A stretch of 64,000 nucleotides of DNA from a bacterium (GCA_038127595.1 JAYPIC010000001.1:59388-123387); one strand, 5' to 3'; shown: positions 50,131-61,767, numbered from the stretch's first letter. A program made the numbers and translations. Notes: generated by a model not told the origin, from the sequence alone.

Positions 50131-51540
50131 ATGGTGAATGATTCTATTGTTATTAAAAAAGGTGTAGAGTTAGAAATAGAAGTTCAATCTCTAGCCTATG
50201 GTGGAATGGGCCTAGCAAAAGTTGATGACTTTGTAGTCTTCGTTAAAAATGGTATCCCTGGTCAGCGTGTATTGGTTTTAATCTACAAAAAGAAAAAGGG
50301 GTTTGCAGAAGCAAGAATAATTAAAGTTCTAGAACAATCACCACTTGCGACCGAAGCTAGGTGTGATCATTATTGGATATGTAGCAAATTGCAAACCTTG
50401 TCTTACGAAGAACAATTAAAAGAAAAAGAAAAACAGGTTATTGATGCATTTCAGAGGATTGGTGGATTTACTGATTTTATTATTAATGGGGTTAGGTCCG
50501 CTAAAAATAAGTATAATTATCGAAATAAGATGGAATTTACTTTTTCTCCTCATAGGTGGATTTTAGAATCTGAACCAGAAGGAGTAGATAGTTCTTTTGC
50601 TTTGGGTTTACACATTCCTGGTAGATATGATAAAATTTTAGATATTGACACGTGTCATATTCAACCTGATGTAGGTAATAAGATTCTAGGTATAGCAAGA
50701 GAGGTTTGTTTAAAAAATTTAGATTTAAAGCCATACGATCCTAAAACTAATATAGGTTTTCTCAGACACTTAATGCTGAGATTCGGAGTGAAGACTAATC
50801 AATTAATGGTAAATATTGTAACTGCTTATGATGATATAAATAAGCTATCGCCTTTAATTGATACGTTATTAAAAGAAGTTCCTGAGATTACCTCTATGGT
50901 TAATAATGTCAATACGCGAAAAGCAGATGTAGCTTTTGGAGAATTTGAAAACTTAATTTTTGGAAATTCTTTCATTGAAGAGAAAATTGGAAATCTAAAA
51001 TTTGAGATTTCTGCTAATTCTTTTTTCCAAACCAACACATATCAAGGTAAAGTTTTGTACGATGAGGTATTAAAGATAGCTGGTTTAAATGGTGATGAAA
51101 TTGTTTATGATCTTTATTGTGGAACTGGGAGTATTGCTCTGTATTTAGCATCAAAAGCAAAAGAAGTATATGGTTTCGAAGTAATCAGGTCTTCATTAGA
51201 AAATGCGGAAAAAAATTCATTAATAAATGGAATTGATAATGTTCATTTTCTAAAGGCAAATCTTGATACTTTCTTTAAGTCTGGTCAATTACCAAGGAGG
51301 ATCCCTAAACCGAATGTTATTGTAGTTGATCCGCCTAGGGCAGGAATGCATCCAGATATGTCAGGTTATTTGCATAAACTAAAAGCGGAAAAAATTATAT
51401 ATGTTTCGTGCAACCCTACAACTCAAGCCAGAGATGTAAAAATTTTAAATGATAATGATTATAAGATAAAAAATTCAGTAATGGTGGATATGTTTCCGCA
51501 CACTCCACATATTGAAACTGTGATGTTACTTTCGAAGTAA
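50131..51540 (+). CDS. rlmD: 23S rRNA m5U methyltransferase (RlmD/RumA family)
   Basis: TRAM domain, YRNKMEF, SFFQTN, DLYCGTG, DPPRAG, YVSCNP, DMFPHT.H.E. Confidence 0.92.
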   Translation: MVNDSIVIKKGVELEIEVQSLAYGGMGLAKVDDFVVFVKNGIPGQRVLVLIYKKKKGFAEARIIKVLEQSPLATEARCDHYWICSKLQTLSYEEQLKEKEKQVIDAFQRIGGFTDFIINGVRSAKNKYNYRNKMEFTFSPHRWILESEPEGVDSSFALGLHIPGRYDKILDIDTCHIQPDVGNKILGIAREVCLKNLDLKPYDPKTNIGFLRHLMLRFGVKTNQLMVNIVTAYDDINKLSPLIDTLLKEVPEITSMVNNVNTRKADVAFGEFENLIFGNSFIEEKIGNLKFEISANSFFQTNTYQGKVLYDEVLKIAGLNGDEIVYDLYCGTGSIALYLASKAKEVYGFEVIRSSLENAEKNSLINGIDNVHFLKANLDTFFKSGQLPRRIPKPNVIVVDPPRAGMHPDMSGYLHKLKAEKIIYVSCNPTTQARDVKILNDNDYKIKNSVMVDMFPHTPHIETVMLLSK

Positions 51541-51566
51541 AGAATGAACTAGATTAAAGAAATCTC

Positions 51567-52283
51567 CTAAGCGTACATTCTTAAAATTGAAACCAGTGCC
51601 ATGATGATCATGATTCCATTCTCAATCAAAGTTGCTATTGTCATTGGCAATTTGATAGCTGTCCCCAAGCAAGCACATTGGATAGTTTGTTTGTTTTTTA
51701 GAACTTTAACTACTCCATAAGTTGTTATGCTTAACAAAAGTATTGTAATTATAATTGATGTAAATAATTGAAAACGAAATAAAAACATTAATCCCAAAAT
51801 TGTTTCAATAAATGGATATATCCATCCATACAAAGGGAGTGCTTTTGCTAACGGATCATACATAGCAAAAGAATTTGGGAAGCTTTTGTAATCCAAAAAT
51901 TTAAAAAAACTAAAAACAATAAAGAAAATCCCCATAAAATCCATCATAAGATCATCCAAAGATCGATCTAAATTTATTATGATCGATGTAAGACTAATGT
52001 AGCTGAGAATTAAAATTAATGGAAAAAGTTTTGCTAAGTACGATTCTTTATCATTGGCATTCACATCTGCATAATACTCAAAAGGTTTAACACTAAACTT
52101 ATTAGGGAGTACTGACTGAATATCATCAGTAGAAACATCTTCGTTTGATTTAATTACAGCAAGACCGGGGTCAAGTGAAACTGTAACATTTTTAACGTTT
52201 CTAATACTTTCTATTGCCTTGGTAACTGTTGCAACACAGCTAGAGCAGGTCATTCCAGAAATTTTAAATTGTAATTGTTTCAT
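51567..52283 (-). CDS. Heavy-metal-associated domain + MauE/DoxX-like membrane domain
   Basis: GMTCSSC HMA motif; F..YD.LA, YPFIE, CACLG, IEN. Confidence 0.85.
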   Translation of the reverse strand: MKQLQFKISGMTCSSCVATVTKAIESIRNVKNVTVSLDPGLAVIKSNEDVSTDDIQSVLPNKFSVKPFEYYADVNANDKESYLAKLFPLILILSYISLTSIIINLDRSLDDLMMDFMGIFFIVFSFFKFLDYKSFPNSFAMYDPLAKALPLYGWIYPFIETILGLMFLFRFQLFTSIIITILLLSITTYGVVKVLKNKQTIQCACLGTAIKLPMTIATLIENGIMIIMALVSILRMYA

Positions 52284-52373
52284 ATATTTTTAAAAAACCA
52301 ATAACCAAATAGATTAAGTATGAGCAGAATATTTTAAATAAAGTTAATATTTATACCTCTTTGGTAAAATAAA

Positions 52374-55004
52374 ATGTCAAATACATCTCTAGATAATAAA
52401 TACAGCTCTTCATTTGTTGAAGAAAAATGGTACAAGCATTGGATTGAGAAAAATTATTTTCATGCTGATTCTAATTCAAAAAAAGAACCCTACACCATTG
52501 TTATTCCTCCACCAAATGTAACAGGCATGCTAACAGTAGGTCATGTTTTGAATAACACCATTCAAGATATTCTCATTAGAAAAGCTAGAATGGAAGGAAA
52601 AGAAGCTTGCTGGATTCCAGGTACTGACCATGCCTCTATAGCAACCGAGACTAAGGTAATTAAAATGCTAGAGGAACAAGGAATTGACAAAAATACTCTA
52701 TCCAGAGAGGAGTTTTTAGATCACGCTTGGCAGTGGAAAGAAAAATATGGTGGCATTATAATTCAGCAGCTAAAAAAGCTTGGATGTTCTTGTGATTGGG
52801 AAAGAGAAAGATTCACAATGGATGAGGGATATTCCACAGCTGTCTTGGAAGGCTTTGTAAAATTATACGAAAAAGGATTGATCTATAAAGGGCATAGATT
52901 GGTTAATTGGTGTCCCGTTTCAAAATCTGCAATCAGCGATGAGGAAGTAATTCATAAAGAAGTTGATGGCCATTTATGGTATTTTAAATACCCAATCAAA
53001 GATGAAGAGGAGTATTTAATTGTTGCTACAACAAGGCCGGAAACTATGCTTGGGGATTCAGCCGTTGCAGTAAATCCTAATGATGATAGGTATAGTAAAC
53101 ATATAGGAAAAAAAATTATTTTACCATTAGTTGGAAGAGAAGTACCTATTATTTCAGATGACTATGTTGATCCAGAATTTGGTACTGGTTGTGTAAAAAT
53201 AACTCCAGCTCATGATCCAAATGATTTTTTAATAGGTGAGAGGCATAACCTAGAATTCATTAATATAATGAATGAAGATGGTTCTATTAATAGTTCTGCT
53301 CCGCCTAAATATATGAACAAAGATAGATTCATTGCTCGAAAAGCAATTGTCAAAGATTTAGACAAACTAAATCTTTTGTATAAAAAAGAGAATTATAAAA
53401 ACAAAGTAGGTTTTTCAGAAAGAGGTAATGTTCCAATAGAGTTTTACATGTCAGAGCAATGGTTTATGAAAATGACTGACTTAGCTGAACCTGCAATCAA
53501 GGCTGTAGAATCTGGAGAAATTAAATTTCATCCAAATCATTGGGTAAAAACCTATAATCACTGGATGACCAACATTAAGGATTGGTGTATAAGCAGGCAA
53601 CTGACATGGGGGCACCAAATTCCAGTCTGGTATCATAAAAATGATAAATCAAAAATACATGTTTCTGTTAATGGTCCTGAGGATATAGAAAATTGGGATC
53701 AAGAAAAAGATGTATTAGATACCTGGGCAAGTTCATGGATTTGGCCTTTAGGAGTCCATAATTGGCCGAATGCTAATAAAGACATTGAAAAATTTTTCCC
53801 TACAAATACGTTAGTAACTGGACCCGATATCATCTTTTTCTGGGTAGCCAGGATGATTATGACAGGATATGAATTTTTAGATGATAAACCATTTACTGAT
53901 GTTTATTTCACCTCTATTCTAAGAGATGAAACAGGGAAAAAATTGAGCAAATCTCTTGGTAATTCTCCTGACCCTTTTGATCTATTTGAAGAATATGGCA
54001 CAGATGCTGTGCGTTTTGGTATCATGCTTATGGCTCCGCAAGGTTTAGATGTGCTCTTTGCAAAAGATAGACTAGAAATTGGTAGAAATTTCATGAACAA
54101 GTTATGGAACGCTTGTCGATTCGTTGATATGAACGCACCTGAAAATTGGGAAAGGTACAAACACTTAGATTATGAGTTTGAATTAGCAGATAAGTGGATT
54201 TTAAACAAATTAAATGATGCAATTAAAAATTATAATAGACAGTTAGAACGTTTTTACTTCAATGAGGCTGCAAAAGTTTTATATGACTTTGTTTGGAGCG
54301 ATTTTTGCGATTGGTATATAGAAATAGCTAAAACTAGATTTTATTCTGAAGACATTGAAAAACAAGCTATGACCTATGACGTATGCCTTCGGTGTATAAG
54401 AACAATTTTACCTCTTATGCATCCTTATACGCCGTTTATTACTGAAGAGCTCTGGTCTTACTTTAAAGAACAGGATCAATCTGATTTAATCATTGCACCT
54501 TGGCCAAGAGGTGATATTCAAACTTATGATGACGTTGGTAATGATATGGAAGTCATTCAAGAGTTAGTTACATCTATTAGGGCAATGAGAAGCCGGGTAA
54601 ATATTCCTCCTTCAAAAAATGTAAAATTAATAATAAAGTGTAATGAACATAAGAGATCTTTAATTTCACAAAATGATGAATTATTAATATCATTGGCAAA
54701 ACTTGATTCATATGAGTACAGTGATTCTAAAAATAAAATTTCAGAATCAGCCACATCAGTTGTCAGAGGTATGGAATTATATATTCCTTTGAAAGAATTA
54801 GTAGATTTAGAAAAGGAAAAGATGCAATTAATGAAAAGGAAGATAAAGATTGAAGATTTATTAAAAGGGATAGATAGGAAGCTCTCTAATGAAAACTTTA
54901 TAAATAATGCTCCAGAAAAAATAATAAAAGGTGAAAAAGAAAAAGAACTAAGTTTAAAGGATGAATTAACAAAAATTAATTCTAACATTTCTATGCTATC
55001 ATGA
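52374..55004 (+). CDS. valS: Valine--tRNA ligase
   Basis: PPPNVTG, GTDHASIAT, TTRPET, FGTG.VKITPAHD, WCISRQL.WGH, KLSKS, C-terminal coiled coil. Confidence 0.98.
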   Translation: MSNTSLDNKYSSSFVEEKWYKHWIEKNYFHADSNSKKEPYTIVIPPPNVTGMLTVGHVLNNTIQDILIRKARMEGKEACWIPGTDHASIATETKVIKMLEEQGIDKNTLSREEFLDHAWQWKEKYGGIIIQQLKKLGCSCDWERERFTMDEGYSTAVLEGFVKLYEKGLIYKGHRLVNWCPVSKSAISDEEVIHKEVDGHLWYFKYPIKDEEEYLIVATTRPETMLGDSAVAVNPNDDRYSKHIGKKIILPLVGREVPIISDDYVDPEFGTGCVKITPAHDPNDFLIGERHNLEFINIMNEDGSINSSAPPKYMNKDRFIARKAIVKDLDKLNLLYKKENYKNKVGFSERGNVPIEFYMSEQWFMKMTDLAEPAIKAVESGEIKFHPNHWVKTYNHWMTNIKDWCISRQLTWGHQIPVWYHKNDKSKIHVSVNGPEDIENWDQEKDVLDTWASSWIWPLGVHNWPNANKDIEKFFPTNTLVTGPDIIFFWVARMIMTGYEFLDDKPFTDVYFTSILRDETGKKLSKSLGNSPDPFDLFEEYGTDAVRFGIMLMAPQGLDVLFAKDRLEIGRNFMNKLWNACRFVDMNAPENWERYKHLDYEFELADKWILNKLNDAIKNYNRQLERFYFNEAAKVLYDFVWSDFCDWYIEIAKTRFYSEDIEKQAMTYDVCLRCIRTILPLMHPYTPFITEELWSYFKEQDQSDLIIAPWPRGDIQTYDDVGNDMEVIQELVTSIRAMRSRVNIPPSKNVKLIIKCNEHKRSLISQNDELLISLAKLDSYEYSDSKNKISESATSVVRGMELYIPLKELVDLEKEKMQLMKRKIKIEDLLKGIDRKLSNENFINNAPEKIIKGEKEKELSLKDELTKINSNISMLS

Positions 55005-56332
55005 AAAAATTATCTATTCTCATTTTAATTAACATAATTTTTGCTCAAACATCAAAAAAAGCTAACGTAACTATTTACAAAGATGGCACTGCATTAGTTA
55101 AACAAGAGATAGTTTGGGACAATATTCCAAAAGGGAAACGCGTAATAAAATATGATGATATCCCTAAAAGTATACAAAAAGATACGCCCTTTATTAGTAT
55201 TGAGAATGCCCAGGTTTTGAATCAAAAGTTCGTTGAAAAGACCTTTTCATCGAATGATTATTTTTCATCAAAAAAAGGAAGTTATGTAACTGTAAAACTG
55301 AAAAATGAAAAAGCTGTGAGCGGCAATCTTTTGGAGATTTCAAGTAATTTATTAACGATCCAGTCTAAATACAGTGTAAGAAGTTTTAACAGAAATAATA
55401 TAGAATATATTGAGACAAAAGATAATATAAGAGCCCCTAATTTCTCATCTTACTTGGAATGGGAGATCAAAAATAATAAAGCTGGAAAAGTCAAGGCAAG
55501 TTTAGTGTATAAGTTAGGGAATGTATCTTGGGATGCGATTTATAGACTTACAACTAATGGGCAAACTGAAGGTGAACTAGTTGTGGAGGGAGTTATTTTT
55601 AATAACTCAAGTAAGGATTATTTTAATGCTAATATTAATCTAGTTGAAGGTATTATAAATAAAAGTAAGCCTAAGCAGACAAATAATTATAGTGAAATGG
55701 CTATGTCTCGCAGTGTAGTGCAAAAAAACACCCCTGCGGAATTAGGAGATTATTATATCTACTCCACAGGAAGCATTCAGAACTTTACTTCTAGAGAAAA
55801 CATTACTGTTGGAATTTACGGTCCATTAAATGTGAATTATGAGAAAGTATATGTATTTGAAAACTTTGAGAGGCAAAAAAAAGATGAGCCCTTAAGGATA
55901 GAATACACTTTATCAAACACTGAAAAAGATGGATTAGGTATAGTTCTTCCTGCTGGTAAAGTAGATATTTATACGAACTCAAATAAAGGTGGTTTTGAGT
56001 TTATTGGGTCAGACAATATAGGACAAGTACCTAAAGGAGAATCATCTAAAATTCAAGCTGGATATGCTTCTGATATCACTGGCAAAAGAAAAGTTATAAA
56101 CTTTGACAGACAAAGAAAAAGTGAAGAAGCTGTGATTGAGGTATCATTAAATAATTCAAAATCAGAGACTGCTTCAGTAAAAGTAGTTGAGCATATTAAT
56201 GGTGATTGGGTTATCAAAGACCCTTCACACGACTACATTAAAGAAGATGCCTCTACAATACATTTTTTAATTGATGTTGAGCCTGGTAAAAAAGAGTACA
56301 TTACATACACATATAGAAAAGAGTGGAACTAG
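55001..56332 (+). CDS. DUF4139 (DUF4140) domain exported protein
   Basis: Signal peptide, VTIY..G.ALV, L.Y....VSW...Y, LPAG.V.IY, final Y.Y strand. Confidence 0.75.
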   Translation: MKKLSILILINIIFAQTSKKANVTIYKDGTALVKQEIVWDNIPKGKRVIKYDDIPKSIQKDTPFISIENAQVLNQKFVEKTFSSNDYFSSKKGSYVTVKLKNEKAVSGNLLEISSNLLTIQSKYSVRSFNRNNIEYIETKDNIRAPNFSSYLEWEIKNNKAGKVKASLVYKLGNVSWDAIYRLTTNGQTEGELVVEGVIFNNSSKDYFNANINLVEGIINKSKPKQTNNYSEMAMSRSVVQKNTPAELGDYYIYSTGSIQNFTSRENITVGIYGPLNVNYEKVYVFENFERQKKDEPLRIEYTLSNTEKDGLGIVLPAGKVDIYTNSNKGGFEFIGSDNIGQVPKGESSKIQAGYASDITGKRKVINFDRQRKSEEAVIEVSLNNSKSETASVKVVEHINGDWVIKDPSHDYIKEDASTIHFLIDVEPGKKEYITYTYRKEWN

Positions 56333-56376
56333 CATTGCAGCCTAATTGATGAGCTGCAAATATAAACATTAGAATA

Positions 56377-58452
56377 ATGAAAAACTTTGATATTGAAGAT
56401 CCAATAACAAAGTTAAACCAGGTTAGTACAAAGCGTGGTGAGGTCTTAATAGCCAATAAAATTTCTACTTTAAAAGATCTATTATATTATTTCCCGCGAA
56501 AACATCTCGATAGGTCAAATATCACAAAAATCAAAGATATCGAGGCTGGGAATAAATACAATATAGTTGGCAGGGTAGAAACATGCGGCGAAAGAAAAAC
56601 CAGATATAAAAAATTATATCAAGTCATTGTCTCTGATGGCACTGGCCTTTTGACTTTAACATGGTTTAATTCTTCAACCTATATAAAGAAGTTAGTAAAA
56701 AAAGATGATCAAATTGCCATACATGGTAAAGTTGATTGGTATAATGGATTTTCAATCAATCATCCTGAATTTGACATACTCGATCATCAGTCAAATCCCA
56801 TGAATACAGGAGCTATCATTCCTATTTATCCTCTTTCAATTGAGTTTAAAAAAGTAGGTATTGAGCAACGATTAATTAGAAAATTAATGATCCAAATTAT
56901 TGATGGGGTAACTGATTTCGATGATGTCTTTAGTGATGATTTTTTGGTATCAAATGCTTTGGTAAATATCAAAGATGCTCTATCTCAATTACATTTTCCT
57001 TCAAGCTCAGATAATTTAAGTTCAGCAATTTACAGATTGAAATTTGATGAACATTTCATCCAGCAGATATTCTTGGGACTGATAAAATCAAAAATAAAAT
57101 ATACTAAATCAACTATATTTAAAGATATCGGTCCTTATTTTCAAATGATTCGCGATGATTTAAGTTTTGAGTTAACTAACGCTCAAAAAAAAGTTATTGC
57201 TGAGATTCACTCAGATTTAAAAAAAAGTTCTCCAATGAATAGATTGTTGCAGGGAGATGTAGGTTCGGGTAAAACTATTGTGGCTATTTTATCTGCAGCC
57301 TTAGCGGCTGGGAACAATTCTCAAGTTGCAGTGATGGCGCCGACAGAAATCTTGGCCAGTCAACATTTTAACGCATTTAAAAAAGAATTATCTAAAGCTA
57401 GGGTTACATGTTGTCTTCTTGTTGGGAAAATGAATAAAAAAGACAGAGATAAGATCATTACAAACATCAAGAACGGCAAGATAACTGTTGTAATCGGGAC
57501 GCATGCATTGATACAAAAAGATGTTGAATTTGAAAAACTCAGATTAGTTATCATTGATGAGCAGCATAGATTTGGAGTAGATCAGAGAAATAAGCTTACT
57601 AATAAAGGTAAGAGTCCTCATCTATTATGTATGACCGCTACGCCTATACCAAGGACTCTGTCTATAACATACATGGGTGATATGGATTTATCTATAATTG
57701 ATGAATTACCTAAAAATAGAATCCCAGTCACAACTAAAATAATTGATCCTAATAGGCTTGGGAAAGTTTATTCTTTTATGAACAAACAAATTGAAGATGG
57801 ATTACAATGTATGGTCGTATATCCTTTGGTTGAGGAGTCAGAAAAAAGTGACCTTGCAGCAGCCGTAGAAATGTATAACTATTTGAAAAAAAATACATTT
57901 TCAAGACACTCAGTTGGTCTCATACATGGGAAAATGAATTCAGAAGAAAAAAAGACCATTATGAATCGATTTAAACAAAATGAGATTCAAATAATTATCT
58001 CTACAACTGTAATCGAAGTAGGGATTGATGTTCCAAATGCAACAGTAATGCTAATAGAACATGCTGAAAGATTCGGATTAACTCAATTACATCAATTGCG
58101 AGGTCGGGTTGGAAGAGGTAAAGAAAAAAGTTATTGTATTTTAGTAAATAGAGGATCGAATGAAAGATCATTATCAAGATTAGAAATAATGGAAAAAACG
58201 AATGACGGATTTAAAATTGCTGACGAAGATCTTTTGCTCAGGGGGCCAGGAGATTACATTGGCTTTCAGCAAAGTGGGTTTGTAAAATATAAAATTGCGA
58301 ATGTGTTAACGGATGGTCCAATCATAAGAAAGGCCAGGACAATAGCTTTTAAAATGATTCATGAAGATCCTCACCTTGACAGTCATATTGGAATAAAAAA
58401 TTTAATATTTAAAAAATTTAGAAAAAATTTGGATCTAGTTAATCTAAATTAG
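56377..58452 (+). CDS. recG: ATP-dependent DNA helicase RecG
   Basis: RLLQGDVGSGKT, DEQHRFG, MTATPIPRT, QLHQLRGRVGRG, DL.LRGPG. Confidence 0.97.
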   Translation: MKNFDIEDPITKLNQVSTKRGEVLIANKISTLKDLLYYFPRKHLDRSNITKIKDIEAGNKYNIVGRVETCGERKTRYKKLYQVIVSDGTGLLTLTWFNSSTYIKKLVKKDDQIAIHGKVDWYNGFSINHPEFDILDHQSNPMNTGAIIPIYPLSIEFKKVGIEQRLIRKLMIQIIDGVTDFDDVFSDDFLVSNALVNIKDALSQLHFPSSSDNLSSAIYRLKFDEHFIQQIFLGLIKSKIKYTKSTIFKDIGPYFQMIRDDLSFELTNAQKKVIAEIHSDLKKSSPMNRLLQGDVGSGKTIVAILSAALAAGNNSQVAVMAPTEILASQHFNAFKKELSKARVTCCLLVGKMNKKDRDKIITNIKNGKITVVIGTHALIQKDVEFEKLRLVIIDEQHRFGVDQRNKLTNKGKSPHLLCMTATPIPRTLSITYMGDMDLSIIDELPKNRIPVTTKIIDPNRLGKVYSFMNKQIEDGLQCMVVYPLVEESEKSDLAAAVEMYNYLKKNTFSRHSVGLIHGKMNSEEKKTIMNRFKQNEIQIIISTTVIEVGIDVPNATVMLIEHAERFGLTQLHQLRGRVGRGKEKSYCILVNRGSNERSLSRLEIMEKTNDGFKIADEDLLLRGPGDYIGFQQSGFVKYKIANVLTDGPIIRKARTIAFKMIHEDPHLDSHIGIKNLIFKKFRKNLDLVNLN

Positions 58453-58525
58453 CTTTTTAATATATTTTTTGTAATAGAACAATCGTATAAATTTGCACTT
58501 TGATTTATAACGTAAATAAGTATTA

Positions 58526-58831
58526 GTGAATAAAGAAATCTTATCGAAAAAGGAACAATTGTTCTTGTACTTAGTTGGAACCTTTCATTCAAGTGCAAAA
58601 ATTGCATTGGGTAAAATTGAAAATCCAATGACAAAGACTAAGGACTTAAATTTAGAACAAGCTTCATTTTATATTGACCTTCTAGATCTCGTTCAAGAAA
58701 AAACGAAAGATAACTTGAGCGATTACGAGGAGCAAATGCTTATCAATACAATCAGCGAATTGAAAATGAACTTAATTGACGAAAAGAAAAATAATGGTAA
58801 TAAAAACGGTCAAAAGACAAATAAAGATTGA
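58526..58831 (+). CDS. DUF1844 domain protein
   Basis: ALGKIENP, NLEQA...IDLL...EKTK.NL...E. Confidence 0.8.
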   Translation: MNKEILSKKEQLFLYLVGTFHSSAKIALGKIENPMTKTKDLNLEQASFYIDLLDLVQEKTKDNLSDYEEQMLINTISELKMNLIDEKKNNGNKNGQKTNKD

Positions 58832-58844
58832 AGAGGATTAAAGC

Positions 58845-59486
58845 TTGTTAAATAATAATTTTAATTACATAAATAGACTGATAGCTTTTGGAATTTTTCT
58901 TTTAACCTTCATAGTGTATTTTGATACAATGGCTCCTACAGTATCATATTGGGATTGTGGAGAATTTATTGCTGTTTCTCATACATTAGGTGTGCCCCAT
59001 CCTCCCGGGAGCCCATTCTTTCTTCTTTTAGGGCGTATTTTTTCTATGTTACCTTTTAACGAAGACATTGCATTTAGAGTAAATATTATTTCACCTTTAG
59101 TTAGTGCTTTAGCAGTAATGCTGCTCTATTTATCTATTGTTAAAGTGGTTACGCATTGGCGAGGTAAAGTTAATAGCTTGTCTGATTGTTTAATAGTATT
59201 TGGCGGAGGTGCAGCAGGTGCGTTGGCATTTGCGTTTACCGATAGCCATTGGTTTAATGCTGTTGAAGCCGAAGTGTATGCATTTAGTACTTTTTTTACT
59301 GCAATTGTTGTATGGTTAATCTTATTATGGAATGAAAAAGCTGATGAAGAAGGTCATGAAAGATACCTGTTAATAATTGCTTATATGATTGGCCTTGCTA
59401 CTGGATTGCATTTGCTAAATTTGCTGGCTATACCTTTTATCACTCTAATAATATATTTTAGAAAGTATAAGGTTGAATGGAAATAA
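58845..59486 (+). pseudogene. DUF2723 (TMEM260-like glycosyltransferase) N-terminal part; frame breaks at about 59483
   Basis: APTVSYWDCGEFIA, GVPHPPG.P, WFNAVEAEVY, GLHLLNL; ends KVEWK-stop, overlapping the next ORF. Confidence 0.6.
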
Positions 59487-61753
59487 TTTTCTTTGTAATT
59501 CACAATGGAATTATAAAAGGCTTGCCTAAAATGGCTGCTGGATTTTTAGGTGTTTGGGGTACTGCTTTTATCATTATTTCAGTATTTGGTTTAATGATAT
59601 GGGCTGTTTTGAACAAACAGCATATTATAAGCATAGCTACTACTTCAATTGTCCTAGTGCTCATAGGTTATTCAACCTATACAATGATTTTCATCCGTTC
59701 TAATCAAGATCCAGTCATTGATGAAAATGATCCTGAAACTGTTGAGGCAATGATATCATATCTTGAAAGAGAGCAATATGGTAGTGTTGGACAATTCCCA
59801 AGAAGATTTAAAGGTTTAAAGCAGATGTATGAAGTTGTTGGTCCACCCTCCAGTAATGGAGAATATTCATCGAGACAAAAATCTCAGTATAGAAAGACTG
59901 ATATTAATAAGCAATGGGATTTCTTTTGGAATTATCAAATAAAAAAAATGTACAATCGATATTTCTTGTGGCAATTTGCTGGCAGGGGGCCCTCTACAGA
60001 AAATGGTGTTACTCCGATGGGTGCAAATAGCAGAGAAGACGGTGTTTACTGGTCACAATTTGGTATTCCGCTTGCCTTATTAATTGGTTTGCTGGGCATG
60101 TTTTATCATGGAAGTAAAGATCAAAGAATGTCTTTTTCTGTTATGTCATTATTTTTATTGACAGGATATGCTATCATTTTATACTTAAATCAAGATGATC
60201 CGCAGCCTAGGGAGAGAGATTATTCTTATGTTGGTAGTTTTTTTGCTTTTTCTATCTGGATAGGTGCAGGAGTCTCAGCAATTGGAGAATTCATTGAAAA
60301 GAGAATAGAAAATTTAGAGGCTCGAAATAGATTATTATCTATTATGCTTATATTAGTCATTGCTTTTATGCCTGGTGTAATGATGAGTGTTAATTATCAT
60401 TCTCATGATCGATCTGGGAATTATGTTGCATGGGATTATAGTTATAATTTGTTGCAATCCGTTGGCCCTAATGGGATTTTATTTACGAATGGTGATAATG
60501 ATACTTTTCCCCTATGGTATCTTCAAGAAGTCGAAAATGTAAGAAAAGATGTCGCGGTTGTTAATTTAAGTTTGTTAAATACCCCGTGGTATATAAAGCA
60601 GTGGAAAGAGGCTCGTCCTGCAGATACAAAATTCATAAATCTTTCAGATAACCAAGTAGACGCTATTACCTCCAGGTTGCAACGATGGGAAGAAAAGAAA
60701 GTTCAAGTTCCTGTTGAAAATGATCCCCAAAATGATAAAGGTTATATAGAGTGGACGTTGAAGCCTACTTTTGCTGGGCAAGCTCTGAGAGTTCAAGATA
60801 TAATGATCTTGCGAATTATAAAAGATGCTAACTGGAAAGTTCCTATATATTTTGCGGTAACTGTTTCTCAATCAAATAGAATTGGCTTGGATTCTTATTT
60901 AGATATGCAGGGTTTAACATTTCAGCTAAAAAGCCATAAGACAGATCCGGTGGATCAACAGATGATGTATAAAAATTTAATGACTCAGATTGGTCCAGAT
61001 GAATGGTCTACAGATTTTAGTATTGGTGAATTCCGAAACGATGACAAAAATAACTATAATGATTGGTCAAGGGATTACAAACCTGGGTATATGTTTAGAA
61101 ATTTAGGTAATGATAAAATTTATTATAATGATCAGATAATAAGATTATTGCAAAATTATCGAAGTGCTTATATGCAATTAGCGGTTACCTATTATATGGA
61201 TTATCAAAATGAAAAGAGAAAAAAAGAGCCTGATGATATACTATTGTCAGATTTGAGTTCTAAGTCTGTAGCGGTCCTAGACCAGATGCGTTTTAACATT
61301 CCTGAAGAGTCAATTCCTATAACATCTGAGGACCTTCATTATCAGGTTGCTAGGTTGTATGGGGATTTAGATCGCAAGGGATCAATGAAAGAAATCCTTG
61401 AAGATCTAATAATTATGGAGGGGGTGTCGCCGACAAATAAAGTGGAATACGCAAATGTTTATTATAGAGAGCTAGATGATGCTGAGACTGCTATTGGAAT
61501 ATTATCAGATTTGCAGAACGATTATTTTAAAATTGAAAACCTTATTAAAATTCAAGGTATGTCGTCTATTTCAACAAATAGTTGGAAAAGATGGCAAAAA
61601 GCATTTCCTGACATTGTTTCATCATTGGTTTACATTTATAAATCTACAAACCAAAATAATGAAGCTGAGGGTGTTCTTGTAGAATGGTTATCCCGTTTCC
61701 CAAATGATTCAAATGCTAAAAAACTTTTAGAAGAAGTCCGTAGTTCTGATTAA
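59477..61753 (+). pseudogene. DUF2723 protein C-terminal part (different frame)
   Basis: YLEREQYG, RYFLWQF, YLNQ...QPRERDYSY, FTNGDNDTFPLWYLQEVE..R.DV..VNLSLL, C-terminal TPR-like helices. Confidence 0.6.
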
Positions 61754-61767
61754 AAAAAGTTGAAGTA

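Noticed and set aside
56335..56359. Hairpin TTGCAGC-N11-GCTGCAA with TGATGA in the loop (terminator or hammerhead?)
   Set aside because: No U-tract and no CTGATGA/GAAA three-stem core; function cannot be supported.
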